Below are positions 43,304-57,915 of a DNA stretch of 64,000 nucleotides, piece after piece; positions within the stretch are counted from its first letter, which is position 1; every line of letters begins with the position of its first letter. The stretch lies in the NCBI GenBank assembly GCA_951406725.2, contig OX597822.1, positions 30,504,001 to 30,568,000 on the forward strand, given 5' to 3'. Both the position numbers and the translations under genes were made by a program. The notes beneath the pieces are model-generated. The model was not told where the DNA came from, did no database searches, and was given only the letters and a program-made list of their open reading frames with translations. The stretch is from Octopus vulgaris. Lineage: Eukaryota.

Positions 43304-44663
43304 TAGAACGTTTGGAGATGATGTACAGGTATTTTATATTAGAAGAAATGAGGCACTCAGGAATTCGGATGGTTTTATATTCACAGATATTTATTCGTAT
43401 GTTACATGTTTTTATACATCATATATCATATATTAGCGCTTTCGTCCTTTCTGATGGAGTTTTCAAATTGAACTATATATATATATATATATATGTTTCT
43501 TTGTGTGTAAAATGCTTCTGCTAGTAGGCACCAAAGCACCTCAATAAATCTACAAAAATACCATACTCCTTCCTGTTAAGTATAATGTTTCTGTCGATAT
43601 AACGTTACGTTGCTTATGCACAGTAAAATTATAAGATCGCTCATCATAGAGGAACTAATGGTTTGCTAGATTTCTATCACGTTGTCCTAGAAATCTGCAA
43701 TATGACAAAAGCTTAATGTTTAATTTTTTTTACTGAGAAGCTGAGAAGTGATACATGATATCTATTGTCGTCTGACTCTCCAAACATCATGGCCTCTAAC
43801 AATTATTGGCGCCTTATACTTACGTATCAGTCACCATATGCACATAAAGCGATATTTCTGTCATATTTATGACTGTTTGCGACTTTTGAACAAGTCTGTG
43901 GTATGACTGGCCTTAAAATCTCCAGTCAGTGACTGCAGAATGATTTTTAACTCACAAAAGAGGAAACGAGACTAACGTTTCTGTGTCTCAGAAAGAAGGG
44001 TTCGTTATCAATTCTGGCCCATCCTTAACCACGTAACCCAGACATATATCACTTTTAATATTCTTATCTCTTTCGTAGTTCTCGATCGTACATTGATGTA
44101 ATTCAATGACACCACGAGTAAGTTTTATGAATATATGAGTCTCAGTTGCCTTTCCTAACGTTGTTCAGTTTTATTGTTTGCTTTTGTGAATATGGTGACG
44201 CCTTTATTCAAGTAGATGTCGTGGAAATTCTTTGACAATTAAGTGCCTTGATCATGCAACGCGATACAATACGGATATGATGCATTGACTTTACACTTAT
44301 TTGCAATTGCTGTTGTTTTGTGTGTCCTTGTCTTTCTGTGTGCTTGCGTGCGCGCTCGCGTTTGTGTTGGGAAGAGAATGATACTATATTAAATAAGGTT
44401 GTCATACTTGAGCGTTGACATGTGGCGTGTTTACAAACCCTTTCATTGTTATATTAAGTTTAGCAGTGACGTAGTAAGGGATCCCAGTACTCGAGAGAAA
44501 AACACTCTTGCCATCTCCTCTTTAAATCATAGGCCAGGGGATATTTCGAGACACTTCATTCCTTCGCTCGGTGCCATTTACCCTGTCTCTCCTCTATTTC
44601 TATGCCTATAAAGTTCTGTGTAAAATGCGTATTATGGATTTTAAAAATGCTACAGTTCTATGT

Positions 44664-45070
44664 AGGCGCAGGAGTGGCTGTGTGGTAAGTAGCTTGCTAA
44701 CCAACCACATGGTTCCGGGTTCAATCCCACTGCGTGGCATCTTGGGCAAGTGTCTTCTGCTATAGCCCCGGGTCGACCAATGCCTTGTGAGTGGATTTGG
44801 TAGACGGAAACTGAAAGAAGCCCGTCGTATATATGTATATATATATATGTATGTGTGTGTTTGTGTGTCTGTGTTTGTCCCACTAGCATTGCTTGACAAC
44901 CGATGCTGGTGTGTTTACGTCCCCGTAACTTAGCGGTTCGGCAAAAGAGACCGATAGAATAAGTACTGGCCTTACAAAGAATAAGTCCTGGGGTCGATTT
45001 GCTCGACTAAAGGCGGTGCTCCAGCATGGCCGCAGTCAAATGACTGAAACAAGTAAAAGAGAGTAAAGAG
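44664..45070 (+). mobile_element. tRNA-derived SINE family B (CORE-like cttgggcaagtgtc, internal microsatellite)
   Basis: A-box-like tggctgtgtggtaag and B-box gggttcaatccc; homologous copies throughout the window. Confidence 0.85.
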
Positions 45071-46177
45071 TATATGTGTGCTCACACTTTCGCAGAGGGC
45101 GCGAGAAAACAAAAGTGGAAAGAGGAGCAAGAAGGTGAAAAGTTCTGGATTATCGCAAGAAAGATTGTTTATCTGTGTCATTTAACACAAGTAAAGTACT
45201 CCCACGCTTGCTTTCTAATCTTATATAATTTATACTATCATAGCTAGATTGCCCCAAGGCAGATGGGTACTCTGGGCTTAAAGGAGCTGTGCTGTATTTA
45301 TATAATATTTAGCACCGCACACTACTGAATGAAATTAGATTGTTTACAATTTAGAATTGTTTAAAGGATAAAGCATGCTTATCGTTCGAAGAAGCGGACG
45401 TGGATTACTTCCTACTAATTAACTCCTTTCGATAGGTCGGCTGCTGAATAAATTTAGTGAAGCGTGAAATAATATGAAGAAATGGACGTTTTGTTTTAAA
45501 ATTCTTTTTCTACAAAACACGCCATCACACTGTTGTTCTTATTTGTAAAGATATTCAAAACACAGGGAATTAGATGGTATCATTTGTACTCTCTACATTT
45601 GGGTAACTTGCATTAAGCCAAATGCTATCGACTAAAAGATTTGCATTTAAAATTTTGGAGCTGCAAGCATGGCAGTTTGACTACGATCTTTGATTAACGC
45701 GTATAGCTACGAATCAAATTTAGGCAAAGGTCTTCTTTTCCCAGAGACGTGTGCAAGCGTTTTTCTGGTTTTCAAGACATATGATCAAAATGCGGTAGAT
45801 TAAATTTGTACAGAGCCCATTGGATAACTGACGCGTGGGTGGATAAGATATTTTTTATGCTTGTCAAAGTCTTTTTGTATTACATTATCTCTGGGCAAAA
45901 TGTGTCAACATAAAAATGTAGTAGTCGATAAAACAAGTATTTGGGTAAGGTGCCAATTTGAAAAGAGCATATCTATTACTTGATTAACTCCTGTTTGAAT
46001 TAGTTTAATAATACCTATATCATTAAATAAAACAGTGTTAATATTTTACCTCTCAAAGATATGCGTAAGTGAAAGGAACAGCTGCTATGGTCAGAAAATA
46101 AAATAATACAGCATAATATTCAGATAGAAATATTCTAATGCCTGAAAAGGTAAACCAGGAAATAATTCTGGAAGTTA

Positions 46178-46336
46178 TACTCTTTACTCTTTGACTTGTT
46201 TCAGTCATTTCACTTCGGCCATGCTGGAGCACCGCCTTTAGTCGAGCAACTCAACCCCGGGACTTATTCTTTTTACGGGGACGTAAACATATCACCATCG
46301 ACGCTGGAGGGACAAAGACACACAAACACACACACG

Positions 46337-46370
<34 letters not shown>

Positions 46371-46513
46371 GCTTCTTTCAGTTTCCGTCTCCAAATCCAC
46401 TCACAAGGCTTTGCTCGGCCCGAGGCTATAGTAGAAGACACTTGCCCAAGGTTCCATGCAGTGGGACTGAACCCGGAACCATGTGTACTTACCACACAGC
46501 CACTCCTGCGCCT
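46178..46513 (-). mobile_element. SINE family B
   Basis: Reverse complement of 44664-45070 with internal deletions. Confidence 0.85.
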
Positions 46514-46593
46514 ATAGTATATTAAGTTTTTAACAATAGTCAACAAATAAAGTTAATGCTTTAAATTTTGTTTTAAAAAAGTTGTTCTGATAA

Positions 46594-46770
46594 TAGGCGT
46601 ACGAGTGGCTTTGTGGTAAGTAGCTTTCTTACGAACCACATGGTTCCGGGTTCAGTCCCACTGCGCGGCACCTTGGGCAAGTGTCTTCTACTATAGCCTC
46701 GGGCCGACTAAAGACTTGTGAGTGGATTTGGTAGACGGAAACTGAAAGAAGCCCGTCGTATATATGTATT

Positions 46771-46814
<44 letters not shown>

Positions 46815-46837
46815 GTGTGTATATGTTTGTGTGACTG

Positions 46838-46878
<41 letters not shown>

Positions 46879-47090
46879 ATATGTTTGTGTGTCTGTTTGT
46901 CTCCCCAACATCGCTTGACAACCGATGCTGGTGTGTTTACGTCCCCGTAACTTAGCGGTTCGGCCAAAGGGACCGATAGAATAACTACTAGGCTTACAAA
47001 TAATAAGTCCTGGGGTCGATCTGCTCGACTAATGGAGGTGCTCCAGCATGGCAACAGTCAAATGACTGAAACAATTAAAAGAGTAAAGAG
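46594..47090 (+). mobile_element. SINE family B
   Basis: Full copy similar to 44664-45070. Confidence 0.85.
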
Positions 47091-48353
47091 GAAGAGAGAT
47101 GAAAAATAAAGAAACAAACAGGACTGTATAGAATTTTGCACTTTTAAAAATATACAGCAAAGTAAATAAGTGGCATTTTCACAGGCTAATACACATAGTA
47201 ACACAAATCTTTGAACCGTTACATACGTAAGTAGTATGAGCCAAAATTTTAAAGAAGAAAATGCCAGTCTTTGTTAATGTTAGCAACGAGGGAGGTGACT
47301 AGCAAGAAGAAAAACAAAACACGATGTATTCGATAAAGACAAATGCCTCTCCATCTGAGACTATTGTCAAGTTCTGAGAGAAGAAAATGGTAAATTAGAT
47401 TTGCTTGGTAGATTACAGATTATTTTTCATTTGCCTTTAATCGAATATTTGAATACTGGCTGGTATGTGCTATGATGTACTTTCCAGCAACCAGAGTTGA
47501 AGTCGATAGAGAATAGCAGCAAAGACTGTAACAACGACAGGCTGAAGTTCTCAGGTTACCATAGATCACTCCGACCGCGTTCCAAGAATGGACGTAAAGA
47601 TAAGGCGTAACAATTGACGACCAAGTAGCAGAAGTATCATTTACTTTTCCTTAAAATTATATAAAAGTATGAAGTAGAAATTTCACATAATATGAGATCG
47701 AATCAGACACTAAAATATATTATCTTAAATCAATGCTTCATATCGGGACATATGATTGGAAATTGGTAAATTTTCGTGTTTGATAAAATTAAAATAGTTT
47801 TAAACACATATGTACAAACAAAAGTTGTTGCAAAGAGAAAAAAAAAAGAAAGAACAATCCTATGAAGGCGAACCCTACTATGACTTCTTGTTAATAAAGA
47901 GAAAATGAGCAGTTTGAAAATCACCATGTCAAATTTTGAAATTTTAAAATTTGTTCATGTAAAGGGCGACAACTACTGACAACACATTTCAGTTACACAA
48001 AAGATCCGTCTCATGTTAATTTATGCTCTCTCTTTCTCTTTTACACACACACACACAGATACACACACGCACACACACACACACACACAGATACACACAC
48101 ACAGATACACACACAGATACACACACAGATACACACACACACACATACACACACATTTGTATATATAATGTGTGTGTGTGTCAGCGAATTCAGAATTCAT
48201 TAATAATTACATTATAAGTAGATTCATATACAGATTCAAACCTCTTATGAGGTTTGAAAGAAATATACCCAATGACCACTTACTAATTGCTACTTTACAC
48301 AAACACACAAGCACAAACACACACACACGAGTACAAACACATACACACAAACA

Positions 48354-48391
<38 letters not shown>

Positions 48392-48651
48392 GACTCTAAG
48401 AAGTGTAGTAACTGCAAAAGTGCATTTACATATCTCTTTAATAATTTGCCGGATTTGATAACAAATATAATACCATTTATTTTTACGCAGCTACATTTTA
48501 AATTATGTTGTTATCTTGTAATTTCTTTCTTAAAACTGAATTTATTCCATTATATTTTATATGGCTTTTTGTATACTCCCCTTACGCACACACACACACA
48601 CGCACACACACACACATACAGACACTCATGTAATATTGGTTTGATTCTAAA

Positions 48652-48931
48652 GCGGCGAGCTGGCAGAAACGTTAGCACGCCGGGCGAAATGCCTAGCCGT
48701 ATTTCGTCTGCCGTTACGTTCTGAGTTCAAATTCCACCGAGGTCGACTTTGCCTTTCATCCATTCGGGGTCGATAAATTAAGTACCAGTTACGCACTGGG
48801 GTCGATGTAATCGGCTTAATCCGTTTGTCTGTCCTTGTTTGTCCCCTCTATGTTTAGCCCCTTGTGGGTAGTAAAGAAATAGGTATTTCGTCTGCCGTTA
48901 CGTTCTGAGTTCAAATTCTGTTGAGGTCGAC
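48652..48931 (+). mobile_element. SINE family A (one unit plus a partial second)
   Basis: Full unit followed by an aaagaaataggtatttcg restart. Confidence 0.85.
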
Positions 48932-49133
48932 TATTTCACTACTAGATCTTTCACTTTTTTTTCTGTAATTAGACTGGGGCCATGATAGGACTTTGAAGAA
49001 TCTTTAGTCGAAAGAATCGATCCCAGTGACTTTTTAAAACCTGGTACTTATTCTATCGATAACTTTCGCAGAACCCTTAAGTTACAGAGACGTAAACACA
49101 CGGACACTGGTTGTCAAGCACACACACACACAT

Positions 49134-49188
<55 letters not shown>

Positions 49189-49429
49189 AGAAAGCTTTGA
49201 GTTTCCCTCTATCAAGCGCACTCACAAGGCTTTAGTCGCTTCTAGACTATAGTAGAAAGCACTCGACGATGACACCATATAATGAGAATGAACCCAGAAC
49301 AACACAGTCACAAATTTATGCTACCAATAGATATTTTGTGTTTTTCTTCCAAAGTTGATTAATACTACATAATATCATCCCTTTCTCTCCCTCTGTTTTT
49401 CCGTCTCAAAATGCACTACACACCTTCAC

Positions 49430-49495
<66 letters not shown>

Positions 49496-50026
49496 GTAGG
49501 GAATATAATTCCAAACTTACAGGGAAAAATTCAATTTAGCTATACTAAATCAGATTTCACAATATATAATTTATGTATATAATTAAGAGAAATAACCTCT
49601 ATTAAGTAAGTCAATAGTGAAAGACATTATCTACACCATATAGTAAACGTTTAAATATACTATAATAAATATTATTTTTAAAAATCACTAAATTAAATAA
49701 ACAATGTTTATTTAATTTAGCGATATATATATATATATATATATATACTCTTGCTTTTATATATACATACTCTTGCTTATGCATAAATTTAATTCCTTTT
49801 TTTAAACTTTTTTACAGATACATGGATTAAGAAATGGTGAGTAGCAACTACTTTATTTCCATTAAATAAGATAAGAAATATAATCATCGGAGCTTTCCAT
49901 TTTTAAATACTCTGACATATTTCTATGTAGTAAAAGATATTCTTATCTTCTTACCTACATTTTTATTAATGCTTTTGTTTGTGATCTCTGTTAAACTGGT
50001 AATACATTTTGTTTTATCTCTTTCAG

Positions 50027-50057
50027 GGCCAACGATACCAGACAATATGAAGAAATG
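50027..50057 (+). CDS. 31-nt micro-exon of the same gene (frame ambiguous: ANDTRQYEEM or GPTIPDNMKK)
   Basis: Acceptor ttttatctctttcag and donor ATG|GTATGT; a second GT (GTAATT) lies 4 nt downstream. Confidence 0.6.
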
Positions 50058-50111
50058 GTATGTAATTTTTCTTCAAATATCATATATTTTCTTGGAAATA
50101 TATGCTAATTT

Positions 50112-50157
<46 letters not shown>

Positions 50158-50159
<2 letters not shown>

Positions 50160-51414
50160 AGTGTTGGACAAAATAACTGGAACACGTATTAAATTCAATG
50201 AATATTTATTTAATATGGAGATCGTCCTCCTTTATCTTTCTGAACACCTTCAATGCGTCTAGGAATTGATTCATAGAACTTCCTGACTTCACTGAGATGA
50301 ATCTTTAGCCATTCTTCCTGCAAATCCTGCTCTTAGCTGTTGCAGGCACGACGGTGGAGTGTAACGACTTCTCGCATTTCGCTCCATGATGCACCGCAGA
50401 TACTCAATAATATTAAAACCTTGAGATAGTGGGGTTCACTTCATGCGTTGTAACTCACTACTATCCACTTCGTACCAAAACTTAACCATATAAGAGATGT
50501 CTATCGGAGCATTGTCGTCTTGGAGGTTGCACTCACTATCAGGGAATAATATTTTTCCAAAAATATTCAGATAAGCTTTGAGGGTGATCCTACCATGCAG
50601 GGCAACGATTGGACCAAAAGAATTCCCAGAAATGGCTACCCAAACCATCACAGACCTTCCTCCGTATTTCGCTGCAGGAAGAAGGCAGTCAGGAGGAAAA
50701 GTTTCCCCGAGCTGCCTCCACACATAAATTTTCCTGCAGTGGTGAAAAAAGTAAAAATGGACTCGTCGGAGAATATTACTTGCTTCCATTGGTCTGTCGA
50801 CCAGCCCTTGTGTTCTCTACACCAGTTCAGCCTTTTTTTAATGTTTTGATGAGAAAGCAGAGGTTTCCTGATGGCAGCACTTCCATGATATCCGGCTTTA
50901 CTGAGCTCACCGCGAACAGTTTTGGTGGAAACTAAACTAGTCAGATGTTTATTCAAATCTGTAGTCACTTTAGAGGCAGTTGTCTGGTGATTTTTCATCA
51001 CAATATGTGGAAACATTCATCGGTCTCTTTCAGTGAGCTTCGAAGTCCTGCCGTACTTACTCCTCCTGCTGGAGGTTTTGCCCTGCTTCTCAAATTCAGT
51101 CATGGTCCTTGATATGGTATCTCTCGAAAAACCAATGAGTTCAGCTGCTCTGGTGACGGAAGCTCCTGCCATTCGAGCTCCAATAATTTGGCCCTTTTTC
51201 GAACTCAGTGACGTCGCGAATCTTAGCTTAATTTATACTATGATCTGAAAAGAGATAAAAATAATCATTAGCTCAGATAAATCAGATAAATAAAACCATC
51301 TACAATACAAAATAAAACACACTCACAATGAAATTTGGATGGATAATCGTAATATAATGGCTCATTGAAATATTAGAGTTAAATTTCTATTGTTCCAATT
51401 TTGTCCAACGCCTC
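50158..51414 (-). mobile_element. Tc1-like transposon remnant with both TIRs (intronic)
   Basis: WKQVIFSDESIF, GGRSVMVW and LQDDNAP motifs; TIRs gttggacaaaat..ggaaca at both ends; frameshifted. Confidence 0.92.
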
Positions 51415-51771
51415 TCTCTATATATATATATAATACACATACATAATAAGTATATGCTCGCCAGTAATTAATTGCTTCACACTCAATTTTGAGTTCAGAT
51501 CGCACAATGTTCTGACTCTCCTTTCGGGATTTCGGGAGTGATAAAAAGAAAAGTAACACAGATATGCTGGGCCGTGGTAATCAAATTTATTCTCGTTCAA
51601 AATTGGTGGCCTCGTATCAACAACGCTAGGGATCCGTATTAGCATTGGTTGAATATGTATGGTAGAGAGGTCACAAATCTAATAGACTACCAGGCATGAG
51701 TTATGTCCCTTTACATTTCCTGTTCGAATTCGTTCCTTGCACCAGTAGTAGAAATACAATTAGAGTTGTAG

Positions 51772-51824
<53 letters not shown>

Positions 51825-52042
51825 GACGGTGTATAAACAAACAAATAGATGTATTCATTTAACGCTCGGGAAGTGAGAAAGTCTTTTACGTTTCGAGCCT
51901 ACCCTCTTTGTCAGAAAGAAACACAGAAATAAACAGGGAGAGAAAATAAAAAAAAAAAAAAGATTTAGTGGCTAGCGATCTATAATGGCGAATGCTGCAC
52001 AGAGGGGTCACACAGGAGGGCTAGGAAGAAGGGGAGATAATA
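51825..52042 (-). mobile_element. Solo PLE-terminus-like element with degenerate HHR (51882-51919), in the last intron
   Basis: TCTTT-CTGACAA-A-GAGG-GTAG-GCTC-GAAA-C-GTA-AAAGA; similar to 4393-4580; abuts (TTA)n. Confidence 0.7.
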
Positions 52043-52114
52043 TATATTCACAGAATTTTAAGTTTTTACAAAAAATGTTGTTTAATGCTTTTTTCGTATT
52101 CTTTTCGTTACCAG

Positions 52115-52345
52115 ACAAAAGAAATGGAACTTGGAGATGAAACAGTTGAAGTACCTCTGGATGAAATTAAAACTCTCTCTGATTCGTCTAAAGACGGGGT
52201 TCCGAATGGCTCCTTAAGTCACAGTGTTAAAACTACTGAAGAATCACTCCCCAGTTCATATGCATCGATTTCAAAGGTTAAGACTGATGAAGCAAAGACG
52301 GAAACTGAAAATCAGCAGAACGATATTGATACGGTCGTTCTATAA
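52115..52345 (+). CDS. Terminal coding exon, acidic cytoplasmic tail (TKEMELGDETVEVPLDE...SSYASISKV...DIDTVVL*)
   Basis: Polypyrimidine tract plus ccag acceptor; 76 non-repetitive codons to TAA; lies within ORF 52085..52345. Confidence 0.8.
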   Translation, partial: TKEMELGDETVEVPLDEIKTLSDSSKDGVPNGSLSHSVKTTEESLPSSYASISKVKTDEAKTETENQQNDIDTVVL

Positions 52346-53207
52346 TAATAATTATCATAATAATAATAATAATGATAATAACAATAATAATAATAATAAT
52401 AATGATGATGATGATGATGATACATCATCGTAAAGACAAAAAGTACGACTATTTTTTTAACGTCATTTCGGATTTATCACAATTTGGATATAACGTGGTG
52501 TTTTAAAAAAAGCAATAACGTTTACTTTAATTAATTATGTCTATCAATACAACAAATCGTTTTCATTAAACATAATCAACCTTAAAGATCTGACGGAAAT
52601 GCATTAAAACAAAACATTTAAAAAAAAAACTAGATTTCCGTATTTGTGTGAGTGTACATATATATATTTGTATATGCATATATATATATTTGTATATGTA
52701 TATATATATATTTGTATATGTATGTAAATATACGGAAATCTGATGAATATATATCCTAATTCTAATAATATCTTCAATGAAATTTCAAAGCATATACCAC
52801 AGAGAACAAAATAAAACTTGTGTTAAGTTACTGTTTTGTAAAGAACGATCAGATTCTGTTCTACCGAGAAACTGAATATAAAATAACACGCATGTAATTA
52901 TACAAATACAAATATTATGAGGCATTATGAAAAAGACACGATGCTAAAAATGTGAGAAAAATGTGGGACAAATAGTAATGCAGCTTTCTTATATTTTCTT
53001 ATATTCTCTTATGTGTATAACATTTGCAGTGGACATTCTAAGTGAATTTATAATCTTGTTTACAGATTATGAATTCTCATGAACGCAAAAAGAGCAAATC
53101 TGCGCATGATAGCCAAATAATTGTTAAAGCCAAGAGATGCGTGCGCGCGCGGACGTGTGTGAGTGTTTGCACGTATCAGTATATGTAATATAATACAATA
53201 TATAGTG

Positions 53208-53295
<88 letters not shown>

Positions 53296-54902
53296 TTAAA
53301 CAGCAGTAACTAAAGAGTGATTTGAGTCACTCTCTAACTTCTGCTGCTACAGAGTGACTCAAAATACACACACACTTACACACACACACACACACACGCA
53401 CTAGTACGCACACAGTTATTTTCTTAACGTAAAAATTATCAATTACAAATGCGTCTTTAAAATAAAGAATTTTTACACAGCCCTGACGAAGGAACTTTTT
53501 GTGTATGTGCTTTTCCTGTCTTCATCCTTTTTAAACACACACACTCAGACAAATGTGTTTTTGTTTGTTTTAACGCATTTTCCTCAAAAGCATTTTGTTT
53601 GCTTTACCTCTAGAATGTAACACTGAAGTTATAACTGCTATTTCCTCAAAGTACATTAATCATCTTATCTCTTAGCCTCCTTATTGAATTTCCCTTTCTT
53701 GTTTTCTTGTGATACAGTCTTATTTTAAGCGTTGTTCTATCGTTTCTACTGACAAAATGGTGAAGGGTAATAACAAACTATGTACACTAGAACATCGTTT
53801 CGAAAGCTGATGACAGAAAAACAATATGAATTAATATAAAACTAACACTATCAAAACATACGGCATGTAACTCGTCACCAACGTTGATTATGCCGTTTAA
53901 TTTTTCCAAGATAGGTCAAATAAACTACTACAAAAACGGAATTAGATTACGACAACACTTCTCATACATATCTTAAGAATAAAATATTTTATTTCGGGAC
54001 GGTCATTATATTTTATTTTATTTTGTTGCCAATTAAACACACGCATTATATATTCGTCCTACTAAAAATTACAATTCGCTCTTATGTGTGTACATATTAG
54101 TAAAAGAAAAGAAAGCATTGGGTACGTAATAAATACAGACGAATTGTTATTACATTGTTATTACATAGATGGCTGTGTGTATAAATGGGAAAAATATCTG
54201 AAATAGGTAAGAAAAACTGCGTACCTATACTTTAGAATTAGATGCGATTGGACATGATTTAAAAACCTGTTTCCTTCAGACGACTGAAGTGTGTGAGGGG
54301 GTATATGTGCGTATATATGTGTGTATATATGGGTGCATATAATGTGTGTCTGTGTGCGTGCGTGTGTGTGTGTGAGAGAGTTATATTTTTAGATTGGGCA
54401 GACAATTTGAAGTGTATTGACATTTTGCTGACACGGTGTATACTAGCATGAATATAGGACGCCTAGTACTATGGCAAGTACCCGTGTTTAATTGTAAACC
54501 TCACTCCAATGAAGGATGAAATTAAATGCTAGTTGAATAAATACATAAAAGGATAATAAGTACAGTTTAAACTCAAATATGATTTTCTACATAAATCAAC
54601 TTGTATATAGAAATTTGATTTTCATTCTTTAGAATCTATGTATGAATGTGTGTGTGTTTGTGTGTTTACATATATATTTGTGTGTATGTATATGTGTATG
54701 TGTGTATGTATATATATATATATGTATATGTGTATGCGTTTATGTATATATATATGCAGAGGTATAGAGGTGTATGCATATATAAGTATATGCGTGTATG
54801 TATATGCATGCATATATATATGTACATGCTTGTATATATACGTATATGTATGTATCTATATATGTGTATGTATAGACATATGTATATATGTTTATATAAT
54901 GT

Positions 54903-54949
<47 letters not shown>

Positions 54950-55373
54950 AAGTATATGTATATATGTGTATATAAATATGTACATATTTATATATATGTA
55001 CGTATCCGTGTATGCATGAATAAATATGTATATGTATGCATATATATATATATATGAATATATGTGTGTATATATATGTATATAAATATATATATGTATG
55101 TATATATGTATATATATGTATCTATGTATATATATATATTTATACTTATGTATATATATATGTATATATATATGTATATATATATATGTCTATGCATGTA
55201 TATATATGTATATATATATATATGTCTATGCATGTATATATATGTATATATATATATATGTCTGTGCATGTATATATGTATATATATGGATATAAATATG
55301 TATATGCATGTATATATGCATATGCATTTATCGATATATATGTATGGATATATATGTATGTACGTACATGTAT

Positions 55374-55433
<60 letters not shown>

Positions 55434-55500
55434 CTGAATATGTATGGATTCATATGTATGTATGAATATGCAAAGATATGTATGTATTTGTATGGATATT

Positions 55501-55598
<98 letters not shown>

Positions 55599-55652
55599 CA
55601 AACATATATACATGTATATATATATACACGCAAACACATATATATGTATATA

Positions 55653-55721
<69 letters not shown>

Positions 55722-56609
55722 GATACGCATATACCCTGTTTTGACTGAGTTCTTCAATGACATATTACATTATAATTCCTCTTATGTCTTCGTGAAAGCT
55801 GATATTCACGTAACAGTGTTTGTATTTATGTCTTGTATTGTATATTCTACGTTTAATAAATACATTTTTTAATATAAAATGGTTTACTTTTTAACTCTAA
55901 TCCCAAAAAGCAGCAGCAGCAGCAGCCATACTATTAGTTAGGCTTATTATTCTAGTTCAGTCCTTGATCAAACCTGATTGGAAAAACTTAATTCAAGAGA
56001 TTTGGTCCTTGCCTGGGTTTAGAAGAGTTCATTTTAAGCCTTCGCGCCAACTCTCTAGTTTGAAGAAATGGTTTCTTCTTTACCCTCGTACTGGAGGCAG
56101 TGTAAAAAAAAAAAGAAGAAAACAGAAAAGAATTGACCCTGTCCTGCACTCCGTGACTAAGCTTCATGATTAAAAATTAACGGAATAATTAGAAGATATA
56201 TGTGAATGAAACAGTAAGAGTTTTGTGAACGAGATTTATTAGGAAATGAACCCGAAATTATATTATGATAACTTATGGTAAATAGCGAGTTTAGATACAT
56301 TTATCATAATTGATGCATAAAATACATGAAAAATATGGAACAAAAAACAAGCACTTTAGCTCTTCGATCATTATCTATGGAGACTGCACTATTCTGCGTT
56401 ACTTGTAAATACCATAATTCTGTTCCCAGGTAGAATTACAAAACATTCCACACTATTGTAGCTGGAGTCATTAAAATTTAAGTGACCCTATGAAATGTCG
56501 ATGAGAGTGTTCAAAAGAAGACGTTCTCAAGTTTTGTGGATTAAAATATCACAGATATTAAGTATTGGATTGTTCTGACAGTTCGTACGATTTTTAAAGG
56601 TAAGAAAAA

Positions 56610-56895
56610 GGTCAATAAATACATGCCATTACATTTTTAATCAACCAAATATGAACCATTTTGTTGCACAATACGTCTCCATCTTTCCTTTGACTTGAAA
56701 ATACCCTCTTCCCAGAATTGAGCTGGTTTCATGGCAAAGAATTCAACAAGGAATCTTCCAAGGAATTGAAATTTTTACCATTAAGACTATTCTGCAGGAA
56801 CCTGAATAAGTGGAAAAACGAAGGAGCAATATCTGGTGAATATGGAGGGTGGAGTATCACATCCCAGCCGAGCTGCAGCAATTTTTGTCTGGTTT
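56610..56895 (-). mobile_element. Mariner transposase 3' remnant
   Basis: Minus strand gives QKLLQLGWDVILHPPYSPDIAPS...FWEEGIF...RWRRIVQQNGSYL; HPPYSPD is the mariner signature. Confidence 0.85.
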
Positions 56896-57310
56896 CCAAA
56901 GCATCAAGTGCCGAAAATGAACTTTCTTATCTTCCATTTTAAAGGGTTACAGAATTAACACAGGTTATAGGAACATAAATCTTCTTCCATGAAAAGAGAG
57001 CTTAAACTGTGCTTTATGGACTCAACCATGTTCTTAAATAAGTCGAAAGGTAAGCTACTATAAATCGGCACGTACTTTCCGGATATGTTATCGTTACTGA
57101 GAATCGCAAAACGTCAAATAGTTGGGACAATAAAGTGTAGTACAGTCAGGTCGATACTCACATGATTAGGGGTATTTGGCTTATGAATCTAAGGTCGGGC
57201 ATTCATTTCCTAGATCGGGCGATGCATCGTATCCTTAAGTAACACTCTTCGTTTCATGCTACTCAACTATAATGAGTACCAGTCGAGTGCTACTGCAGCA
57301 TCCTTTCTCT

Positions 57311-57915
57311 TTTTTTCTACTCTAGGCACAAGGCCCGAAATTTTGGGGGAAGGGGAGGCAGTCGATTAGATCGACTTCATTACGCAACTGGTACTTAATT
57401 TATCGATCTCGAAAGGATGAAAGGCAAAGTCGACCTCGGCGGAATTTGAACTCAAAACGTAGCGACAGGCGAAATACCTATTTCTTTACTACCCACAAGG
57501 GGCTAAACACAGAATGGACAAACAAGGACAGACAGACGGATTAAGTCGATTATATCGACCCCATTACGCAACTGGTACTTAATTTATCGATCCCGAAAGG
57601 ATGAAAAGCAAAGTAGACCACGGCGGAATTTGAACTCAGAATGTAGCGGCAGAAGAAATACCTATTTCTTTATTACCCACAAGGGCTAAACATAGAGGGG
57701 ACAAACAAGGACATACAAACGGATTAAGTCGATTATATCGACCCCAGTGCGCAACTGGTACTTATTTAATCGACCCCGAAAGGATGAAAAGCAAATCGAC
57801 CTCGGCGGAATTTGAACTCAGAACGTAGCATTTTTGCGTTGCTAGGCGAAATTCACAGGGTAAATACCGCTAAGCATTTCGCCCGGCGTGCTAACGTTTC
57901 TGCCAGCTCGCCGCT
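57311..57915 (-). mobile_element. SINE family A trimer with TSD
   Basis: tactgcagcatcctttctct at 57291-57310 and 57918-57937. Confidence 0.9.

Noticed and set aside
47488-47612. Open frame QPELKSIENSSKDC... after a tttccag acceptor
   Set aside because: Its phase does not fit exon 43036-43217 and there is no clear donor.
53483-53540. CTGACGAAGG hammerhead-like start
   Set aside because: No matching stem II closure or GAAA downstream.
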